DNA of 64,000 nt, from positions 2,358,247 through 2,422,246 of the forward strand of contig CAJINV010000014.1 in assembly GCA_905178155.1 (NCBI GenBank). The letters are read 5' to 3'. A model generated the notes under the pieces. The model searched no databases and was not told the DNA's origin. It saw only the letters and a list, made by a program, of their open reading frames with translations. Shown here in pieces: positions 51,301 through 61,230 of this stretch. Source of the stretch: Amoebophrya sp. A120. Its lineage: Eukaryota; Protista; Dinoflagellata. Numbering within the stretch: the first letter of the stretch is position 1; each line of letters opens with the position of its first letter. The position numbers and the translations under genes are program-made.

Positions 51301-54300
51301 AGTGTAGTTTGTGCGGATGTGTAACACGGCGTGTAACACGGCGTGTTACACGGCGTCACAACGTCTCACGAGGAAACAACCCTCGCGATTCAGCATGCAT
51401 GATATATAGTAATGGTTTTGATTTAGTACTAGCCAATAGAAGTTCACCACTATCACATACCAGTCCCATCCCGTACGCTGCGGCTTCCCCGGTGATGGCC
51501 TGGTCGGTGTACAGTGCCTGTTTCATTTCCTCCACCAGAACTGGGTTGTGCGTGCCCATGGAACTCAACCCCAGTCCCAGGCACGCCCCGTGCCGCAAGA
51601 TCTCGCTGTGCTGGCCCTGCTTCAACTGCTTCAGCAGGTACTCCTCAACCTCTTTATCGTAGTAGTTCCCGTGCACCAAGCCCATGGCAAACAGCGCACC
51701 GCCCTCCGCATACGACCCGCTGGTCTGCTGTCCGCCCTGCGCGTCCTCCCGGGGGAGGTAGGCGGCGAGGATGTTTTTGGACTCCTTAATGTGGCCGCGG
51801 TGGACGACGCCGAGGGAAGCGGTGGTAGAGAACTTTGCCCACATCACCGCTCGGGACATCCAGTCCAGGTTTTGCCGAAGATAAATGTCGCTGGACGTGC
51901 CGGCCTGGAGAAGTGGTTTAGATTTGGGTTTATGATTGGAACTCCAACTCCTAGTTCTTACAACGTCTACTTGCATATTAGTCTAGTACTTTTGCTTTTG
52001 CTCGGTGTCAAAACAAAGTCATGAGATGACGACACACTTGAAATGCACTCATCACCCAGCATGATTATGATACGATACCTGCATAAACGCGTGCATGAAC
52101 ATGTGTCCGGTGTGGAGAATTGCGTTTTTCTGGTCGCAGGCCTTCTTTGCCTTGTCGAGAATGAGTAAATCGGTCCGGTTGTTTTTGAACAGGAAGGAGA
52201 GGTTCAATTCCAGCTTTTTCAAGCCGGAGAGGATGCCGAGCAAAAGGTCAAACTCCTTGTCTAGCTGCTCGTTGTAGTCCGGGAGGCCCGCGTCGTCGCT
52301 GATAGCCTGCATTTCCACCTCTCCGCCGGCCGGAGCTGTTTTGGTGATAATGATTATTGTTCCTACTTTGTGGCTTTTTTATTGCCGACAATCATGCACA
52401 AGAAATGCGGGGAAGCAGAAAGGTTACTCAAGCAACTCCTTCACGAATTGCTTCATCATGTTGACAATGATACGTTTTCTACTTAAAACTACTCAAAGCG
52501 GATTTTCTAGCTTGAGGAGAGAAATATATCCTGTTTATGGAGTTCTGCATGGCAAATAAAATACCAATATTTTGCCATTCCGAATCCGTGTTACCTGGCT
52601 CTCCGCCCTCTGCCGCTAGAGCAGCAGCAGCTGCAGCTGCTTCTACAACCGGCTCGACGACCTTCTTTTTCCCCACAATTTTGTCCTTGTCCGCCTTCAG
52701 TGCCTGGACCAAATCGCGGCAAAACTGCTGATTTTCGTTCTCCACGATGTCAAACGCCAGCTGAAACACGAGCAGCAAGTTCTTCGTGCTCTATGACAGT
52801 GCACAACTCCCCCTCCCCCTCATTTGTCATGCAAAATACCCAATCATCATCATCATCATGTAGTGGACACCCTCTCCCAGCGCCACAGGTCAAGGAGCAC
52901 CTCCCCGGGGGGTGGGCGAGGAAGCGCTTTCGGCAACCTCATCATACAAAAGCCGAGCGCTACCACGGCAAGTCGCCCCAAGAAAAGTGCCAACCAGTCG
53001 GGAGCTACCCACCACACCTGATCAGTACAGCCCGGCCAGCTAGCCGAGCGCGACCTTTTGTCTCTTGGCACTGTTTGCATGACAAGCTCTGGTAGCCCAA
53101 ATAGCACTACACTCCGGTTCATATTTGTCATGCAAAACCGGCATTCTTGCTGATGCTTGTATTACCGTTCATGCTATACAAATGAGGGGGAGGGGGAGTT
53201 GTGCACTGTCATATGCTGTCTTCCGACTCTACTTGCGGTTCTTTCTCCCCACTGTCCACGTCCATTTTGTCTCCTGATGAAGCTGTTGTAGTCGCCGCTC
53301 CTCCAAGCGTAATCTCGCGCTTCAACAGCATGGTCAGCAGATCCTTCGAGCTGGTAACGTCGTTTGCGAAGCAATAGCACTGCAAAAGCTTCGTGATGAA
53401 CTTCAGCTTTATATTCGAGGATCCGGCTGTGCTGGAAGTAGACGTGCTGCTCTTCGCGTTGGAGTTCAGACCCTGTTTCTTGTAGATGTCGATCAGCAGC
53501 TTCACCAGCTGCATGCGGAACTCCCGACTGCCGATCGCCGGGTTGCGCAGTATGAACTGCAAAAGTATCGCACTCCCACTCGTATAAATGCATTACAAGT
53601 TTCTTCAGCATGAGAAATGAAATTTGTAATGGGGATTTGCCTTAAGAAAAAGATTTGCAATGCATGATTGCAATACGAGTACGATACTTTTGCACAGGAT
53701 ACGCAGGTTCCTCTGGCAGTAGTCAATCATCTGAAAGAGGAAGGGCGAGGACGTGACAAAATCCTCAACTTTGTCCAACCTCTTGCATTCGATCGCAATG
53801 CCCAGGCCGTGGTACCTGAAAGAATGGCTTCATTCGTCGTGCTCTACTTCCAGATCGATGACGTCATCCCACTTTTATCTAAGTAATTATGCGAAGAAAA
53901 CAGGTACATTTTCGTCTACTTCAACGTCGATATTGAAAAACGCGAAAGCACTCGCCTCGATGAGCATGAGCACGACATGATGTCGTATCAAATTTCTAAA
54001 AAATAAAGCTCTACCACTCCTGGTCCTTTTTACACCGCGCGAACATGCGTTCCACAATGTCGAGCAGCCGGCTGTCCAGGGCGGGAAGGTCGGTTTTTCC
54101 GTTGTCCATCTCCTGCTTGTAGACGATGTACTTGTCAATGCACTTCGTCACCATTTTTTCCACGTACTCCGTCCGGTCGGTCAACTTGAAAAACTCTTCC
54201 GCACCGAGAGCGTATTCCAGGGCAATGTCGTAAAGCTCCAAGTGGTAGTTCACTTTGGAAAGGACCTGTCATTTTTTCGTTTGTAGAACCAGTTGATGGG

Positions 54301-54682
54301 AGGTATTGGTTCATCTAAAGGTGGCCTGTTCCTGGTCTCGCAAGCGAACCATATTGGATGGTTGAATCGCGGCACTTTAGTTGGTTGTAGTTGCAGAATT
54401 TCAATTCTGCATGGCAGGATCTAACAGACTTCTCGTCGTACTAACCGCATCAAAAAACTATTGTACCAAGCAAGCCCGCTTTTTCCCGCTGAAGCTTTCA
54501 TCTTCCGCGAGCAATTCTATCACTTCCAGATTATCCGCCAACTCGGGCCAAAACTGGTCCACCACACTGTCAAGCTGGACCAGCGCTTCCGCTTTCAGCA
54601 CGTTGTCCTGCTCTTCTAGCTGGGCGAGGACACCCCCCGCGGAGGTGATGGTGCGGGGGAGGGACACCGCCACGGAAACCAT
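48381..54682 (-). CDS. PSMD1: 26S proteasome regulatory subunit Rpn2, multi-exon, 5 TIR introners
   Basis: TSAGGVLAQL..QFWPELAD, WAKFSTTASLGVVHRG, LRHGACLGLGL, TQHEKIIRG, LLHLAVSDVNDDVRRAAV, SYNPHVRY, DFVRQGA, DAGGRN, C-terminal EPEPPEPFEW. Confidence 0.95.
49359..49508. mobile_element. TIR introner family D (150 bp), TSD TGGAT
   Basis: Removal gives conserved WYWYPLIHGLSLSFVPT. Confidence 0.93.
50048..50312. mobile_element. TIR introner family B (265 bp), TSD TCCCT
   Basis: Removal gives conserved DFVRQGAYVA. Confidence 0.93.
50398..50699. mobile_element. TIR introner family F (302 bp), TSD TCGAG
   Basis: Internally similar to 39690-40012; removal gives LGISNAGSAN. Confidence 0.9.
52792..53213. 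mobile_element. TIR introner family J (422 bp), TSD TGCTC/TGCTG
   Basis: Perfect 36-bp TIR TATGACAGTGCACAACTCCCCCTCCCCCTCATTTGT; removal gives ESE(D/E)STKNLLLVFQLAFD. Confidence 0.9.
53551..53701. mobile_element. TIR introner family D (151 bp), TSD CGCAG
   Basis: Removal gives CQRNLRNPAIGSREFR. Confidence 0.92.
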
Positions 54683-55566
54683 CTTTGATTTTTGGAGGAA
54701 ATTGCTCCTGTCGCCAATGTGTATAGGTTTTTGATGTTTCTCGTCTTACATAATTCAAACGGTTCTACTGCTCACGGTGGCTACAAGTCGAATCGCTTTC
54801 ATCTTCGAAAGAAAAACTAAAACATGGTCTATGTGTTCGTGCCGCCAAGTCGTGGTCAAAAAGCGAAGTATTTCTAGTGTTTGTTGTTTTTTTTTTTTTG
54901 TCGCTGTTGGTAAAGGAATAAAGGAACAAGGACGCGAGTCGTTGAGATAATTCAGATTTAGGAAGACGACATAGGAAGTTGTTACAACAATGGCAATGAT
55001 TTTGAACTTCGGCGCTTGGTGCTTGTCGTTAACGGATGAATCGCGCGAGCTTCAAAAGGAAAACCAGACAAATCATAGCGGTGTGGAGATTAAAGAAGGA
55101 AGTGACCGTAATGGTAATGATGCAAATGTGTTGTAAATAGAAAAGAGAGAGGAACTGAGTGCTGCACCACAACGGGTTACTCATCTGTCTTCTAGGATCC
55201 TCTGTGAAATCAAGTTGAACATCTTTCTGTTGCTTCTCGTTGCAGCTAGTACTGCAGATTCGTATAAAAGACACTTCTAATGTGACTAGACTACATTGGA
55301 TTGCGTCTCCAGTAGCACAGGCAAGCGACTGCACTTGTGGTCATAGCCTTGATGCTCAGCTTCGTATGTGATTTCTCTATGCCAGTGTTTTTCTTTGCGC
55401 GCAACTAAATAAAACCATCTGCAGATGTGTTTTTATCATGCTGTCGTGATCCACGCCAGAAGGTCGGCTTCCATTTTCGTGGCAGAAACACGCTCTCTGC
55501 TGCATCTCCATCTGGCGGCATAGCAATTATTGATAGTCATATCTACAATTTTATCGCAAGACTCCC

Positions 55567-55915
55567 GAATAGTTCAATTTCGTGAATAATTCAAATTGAA
55601 TAGTTCAATTTCGTGAATAGTTCAAATTGAATAGTTCAATTTCGTGAATAATTCAAATTGAATAGTTCAATTTCGTGAATAGTTCAAATTGAATAGTTCA
55701 ACTTCGTGAATAATTCAAATTGAATAGTTCAATTTCGTGAATAGTTCAAATTGAATAGTTCAATTTCGTGAATAGTTCAAATTGAATAGTTCAATTTCGT
55801 GAATAGTTCAAATTGAATAGTTCAACTTCGTGAATAGTTCAAATTGAATAGTTCAACTTCGTGAATAGTTCAACTTGAATAATTCAACTTCATGAATAAT
55901 TCAAATTGAATAAAT
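55567..55915. repeat. AT-rich minisatellite, 31-bp unit (17+14 sub-repeats of GAATAGTTCAA), about 11 copies
   Basis: GAATAGTTCAATTTCGT-GAATAGTTCAAATT repeated head-to-tail, decaying into AAATCTT/AATCTC short repeats up to ~56185. Confidence 0.9.
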
Positions 55916-56171
55916 CAATTTCAAGTCAAATCTCAATCTGATTCACAATCCAAATCTTAATTCTTCACCTCGATCTCAAATCTTAAGAAATCTTAAATCG
56001 ATCTCAGATGATCTATCAAATCTTATCCCAATCTCAAATCTTATTTCAATCTTATATCTTAAAAAATCTTAATTATCAAATCTTATCTCAATCTCAAATC
56101 TTAAAACATCTTAAACACATCGCAGGTCATCTATCGAATCTCAAGCTCAAATCTTAGATATCAGATCTCAA

Positions 56172-57236
56172 TCTCAAATCTTAAAATACGGGTGGAGGGG
56201 GGGCGGGGGGGGGCGTGGGCCCCCCGCACTAAGAAAATCATAACGCGACAACCTGTTTGAAGACTGAATACTCCTGCCAAGAATTTTTTTTTTTGATCTT
56301 TGTTGTTTTTCAATGAAGATGTTACGAATGATCCTCTTGATGCAAGAAGTCCAAACCTGTATTTGTATACCGCCCAGGGAGGCGGAGACTTCACACAACA
56401 ACAAAAGTAGATAAACCGCAGACCAATCGAGTTTCTTCATAGTAGAAACTTACTTCGAGCCGACCCGCAAACATTGCGACTACCTGCACGATGAATAAAG
56501 ATTACGGGTGGGAGGGGGGCCTCTCAAATCTTAAAATACGGGTGGAGGGGGGGCGGGGGGGGGCGTGGGCCCCCCGCACTAAGAAAATCATAACGCGACA
56601 ACCTGTTTGAAGACTGAGTACTCCTGCCAAGAATTTTTTTTTTAGGCCAGCGCCGCCCCCGGCGGGGCACTGCCTATCTCGGTGCTAATTTCCAAACGGT
56701 CAAAGCCCATGCGCACCAAGGCGACCCGAGTGGCCGCCAAGCCAGGGAAGCAAAGAAAAAAACAAAAAAAGGAAAACCAAAACGCGCAGGGCCAACAGCC
56801 CAGGCCCCCCGCGCACAGAGGCAGCGCGCCTATTTTTTTGCCTATTTCTCGCCTAATTCCGGGGCTTTTGGTTTTCGCAGCGAAAAAAAAAAGTCGCCAA
56901 AATTAGCCAAGAAACAGGCAAACACAGGCGGGGAATCAGGCAAAAAATAGACAGGAAATTAGACAAAGAAATAGACAAAAAATTAGACAAGAAATTAGAC
57001 AGGGAATTAGCAGGAAAATAGGCAGAAAAACAAACACGGCAACCGTAGGAAAAATAGCACCGAAATAGGCCCGGAATTGCCAGGGCTGGCGCCGCCCAAT
57101 TTTTTTTGATCTTTGTTGTTTTTCAATGAAGATGTTACGAATGATCCTCTTGATGCAAGAAGTCCAAACCTGTATTTGTATACCGCCCAGGGAGGCGGAG
57201 ACTTCACACAACAACAAAAGTAGATAAACCGCAGAC
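56172..57236. repeat. Direct duplication of a ~250-bp block; second copy interrupted by a ~455-bp insert
   Basis: 56172-56290 matches ~56523-56643, and 56282-56424 matches ~57098-57236; insert 56644-57097 sits in the T-run and carries AGACAGGAAATT-like repeats. Confidence 0.8.
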
Positions 57237-59693
57237 TATCTCTTTCTGTTTCGACGATGGAAGCTGGACACGTCAAGAATAAAGGCAAATATAAGAACAT
57301 CCGAGGCCCGTGGCCCGCCCCCCGCCCCCTCCCTCCCGCGCTCCATCACCTTCCGCCGGTGCTTTTGCTTTCGTGATTCAAGTGGGGGACTTTATTGTTT
57401 ATACGAAAAATCTCATCCGTTCCCTCGACTTTATGTGATTTTCATCTTTCACACAACTTCAGACGTTTCCTGGAGCGCGTTCACCTTGATACCTTCAATT
57501 CACTATTTCTGTCACAACGATTCCCCATCAAAAAGGTATATGTCAGGACGTATCGACGAAAACCCGGCCTTAATTTCATGCCTACGTGTTACTTCAAAAT
57601 TATTTCAAAATTATGAACACAGGAAACTTGCGGCATGACAATCAACTAAAATGAAACGAAGGCACGGTCTTCAGGTCGATAAATCGAACATGTTGAAAGG
57701 CTTCCCGCACGGCAGCCGCATACTCCTCCGTGATGCCGCAGTGGTAGACTAGCGGATACTTACCACTACGCCATGATTGAACGTACCAGATTCCGCTAGC
57801 CAGAAGAATTTCGCGTCGTTGTTCCGGTCGTTGGTTACGTGGCCGTTGAGAAACAAGAAACCGGAATTTCCCAAAGAAAAACGATACATGTATAAAATGA
57901 ATTACAGATCGTGCGTGGTTTTTGTATCTGATAGTACGCAGCTGTGGTGCTCTTCTTCATATGTGTGTTCTCTACAAACCACCCACGTTGGGCTTCCTCG
58001 GTCATCTCAAACAAAGTGATGCTGCTGCCAACAAAAAAAAGATTACACTGGCACGGTTTTTCTTCGATACAGGAAGTGATGTACCGCGTACTCTGGACGG
58101 TCACTCCGTAGCTATCGCCGACCCAAATGTATTCGCTACGAGGCACGCCCCGACCCGGATTACTGGAAGTGACACGGTGGTACATTACATCTGACCGAAG
58201 TGTCAGCACCTGATCCTTTCGCGAGTATTTACTTCGTGTCGTCATTGCAAAAGTAGTAGTCCGTCGGGTTGATATTATTTCACATCAAATTTTCAACTCA
58301 AAAAGAGTGACAATGTTCCGAGCTTTGGGCGGTACCATATATGAGATCAATCGCAAGTAGAACTACATGAAAAGAACAAACAAATTATAAGATCACGATA
58401 CAATCTTGCACAACGACAAGCGAGCACTTTCTAATAAGCCTGGAATGAGAGCTACACTTTGATATTTTGGTGAGTGAGTAATCGCAAAATTTATCGGCTT
58501 CTTTTTCGCATAGATGATACAGACTGTCATTGCGACACACGCAGCACATGTTTTGTTTTTCGCCAAGCGAAAATTCACTCCAGATCCAGATCCCTACAAC
58601 CTCAGAAAAAAAATTCCTAAGTGTGCTCTTCTTCGTTTTGCAAACTGCCAATGAACTTCATCGTCTTCATCTTTTTCAAATTTTTTTTAGTTGACCTCAG
58701 TGTGGCTCATCTATAATGTGATACCGAATTCTTCCTTTGTGATCTATTTTATATGAAAGGTGGTGGATCATTGAAATAGCAAAAATTCGTAGTTTTCTTT
58801 TCGAAGCATTCAACCAAGACCGAACCGCCTCGAGTTCCTCTCCTCCGACCGATGAACTGCATCGCGAACACCACGCGCTAATTGACGCGAGCAGTAGCAA
58901 ACGGCCCGCTTTCTGTAGCACGCTGATCGTCAGGCTTGCCTTTTGATTTTCTGTGGTCAGTTAGTAGTTCATCAGAAGAATGAAAGAACGAAAAGTTGTT
59001 TCATAGTACAAGTTGCTATCTTCGACAACAGGTACGCTTGGTCTTAGTCAATCTTTCCTGACCTGCGGATGGAGAGTGCAACTCCATACCACCCAGACGT
59101 CAAATCATCCAGCTCCTGATCATCGTACAGATCTTCCCAATTCGAAGATGCGGGCTCTGCTGGAGCATCTTCCGACGGCTTGCGGTCCGTCTGGCGTAGG
59201 CGAGCAGTGGCACGTTCTACACGAGCACGGTCGTCTGCCGACGGGCACAGGATGAATTTTTCTTCAAAAATGCAGGGATCGCATTTCGAACTAGGTGTGC
59301 ATCCAGCCCCGCGACATTGATTTTCCACTTCCCGTCCTAAAAAATTGACGATCCGGGTTTTGCCTTCTTCAGCCTTCGCAGTTACGACCGGTTGCACGTT
59401 CTTACCGTTCCCCTGATCCGTCGGCTTGGCGACCGATCCTCCGAAGATATTCCCTTCATATTCAGCAGCGCGAACTTTGGAAATCGGGAGCTGATGTTGT
59501 TTGTTCCATCGCTCACGCATGGAACAATGCTGTAATGATGGATGCAATTGCACACGCAACTTCTAACCTCGGTGTACCGCTGCGGACTAATTCTCGACCG
59601 GCGTTTACGTTTTTACAAAGTAGAACATGCAGTAGAGCAATAAATTTTATAAACATCGACGCATTATGAACATCATCAACACTCTGACTTCAA

Positions 59694-60207
59694 CTATTGT
59701 ACCGATGGTCCTGGATTCGTGGACCGATCTCCATCGAGGTGAGCACTGAGAGTCGCAGCCGCATTGTAGTCGTGGCACAATGCAAACCCGTCCGGAAGGT
59801 CTTCCGTCCAAACTTCTTCAACCTGCGAAAATTTTATGGTGTGGTTATGTAGATAATAATTGCGAAATCACACCACCAGAGATTTGTTGACTTCCACTCT
59901 CACTCCGAGCTAATTCCAAAAACTAAAAGGCGAAAGATGTAAAACCCGTACTGCTCCAAGCTGAAAAATAGAGTACCGCGTGGTCAAATCCGCGGCGTTC
60001 GTGGTAACATTGATGATCCATCAATGTGGGGAAAACGGCGCCGCATTCGGAACAAGCATACTCCTTGACCATGGGAACTCCGTCGCGCATGGCGATGGGA
60101 GCAAAGAAGTCGCTGTCGTTTTCATCGTTAGTAGTCGCGGCTTTGTTCCCCGATTGCGTGCTGGCATCACCAGCCGCGGGCGAGGTGGACGAGGGACTAT
60201 CTTCCAT
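59694..60207 (-). CDS. Small putative C2H2-like zinc-finger protein (about 119 aa, one GT-AG intron 59823-59976)
   Basis: YACSECGAVFPTLMDHQCYH; in-frame phase-0 splice to VEEVWTEDLPDG...PSVQ*. Confidence 0.4.
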
Positions 60208-60975
60208 TCTTCTGACAAATCTAACAAACGTCGAACTACAGCTAGCCGTCGCGAAAACCCTGAAAAAATATTACCAAATTCACTACGATGTCTACTCGCC
60301 GTTGATCGATACACATGCGCGTTTTAGTAAGCAAGAGGATTTCGCATCTTATTTGAGTCACGATGACGAAACTTCGCGTTTTTTCGCCACCTGTATGATT
60401 ACGATGACCTTGCTCTTACGACCATCTGACGAATTTTCGATCACGATCCAAGCGAGAACGAATTTTTCAAATCTTACAAATTTCATGTCGTCGTGAGTTT
60501 AAAACGATAGACATGGCGTGAACGACTTTCATCATCATACTAGCATCCTACTAGAGATCGAATGGTCATCACGTCTGCTTCCAAAGCCTCGCATCGTCGT
60601 GTTATATCTGATCCACCCGGGCGTGTCGCACAATTTGGGAACATGCACGAGACAAATTGATGGTAAGAAGTGCGATATTGCAAGAAGGCTATGTCTTTTT
60701 TAGATCCCAGCCATTGTCTACTATGCAGAATATATTTTCTGTGCCATTCGTCCTATCGCGAGTCGATGCATTGACGACTAGAAGAAGAAATACGTGCGCC
60801 AGGAATCACCCCAACGCAGATCAAAAAAATCAGGTCGATGAAAGTTCAGTATATTGTGTGCCGCCAGCATGTTCATTTCATACACATTCACCGAACGACG
60901 ACGGTCGTCCGAGTCTCGCATTCGTACCTACGTACGCATGACTTTCGAAGCATTGTTTACATTCACAGTAGCCAT

Positions 60976-61230
60976 CTACTCCGTGCTGTCGCAACGGGGT
61001 CGCTTCGCGACCGGTGAGTACAACTCAAAATCCGGATCGTTCAGTCGGAGCGTCGACTCGACGCCGGTGGTGGGAGTTTTTCGGGCATCGTCGTCAACAA
61101 CATCAGCCGACTCCTCCGGCGTGGCCGGCTCCAGAAGGTCGCGGATCATCTCCACCGACTCCGTCATCGCGGTCATCGCCTCGGAGTCTGGCGCTGCGGC
61201 CGTCGGAGGTGACTTTGGTGGTTTCTCCAT
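60976..61230 (-). CDS. Small acidic orphan protein with NLS-like C-terminus
   Basis: ATG-initiated 84-aa ORF, GC-richer than flanks, ends PVAKRPRCDSTE. Confidence 0.35.
   Translation of the reverse strand: MEKPPKSPPTAAAPDSEAMTAMTESVEMIRDLLEPATPEESADVVDDDARKTPTTGVESTLRLNDPDFELYSPVAKRPRCDSTE

Noticed and set aside
4577-54682. Two 'RPN2' genes as paralogues or a functional cluster
   Set aside because: Naming coincidence: ribophorin II and proteasome Rpn2/PSMD1 are unrelated.
55567-55915. 31-bp repeats as a CRISPR array
   Set aside because: Head-to-tail with no unique spacers, no cas genes, eukaryotic context.
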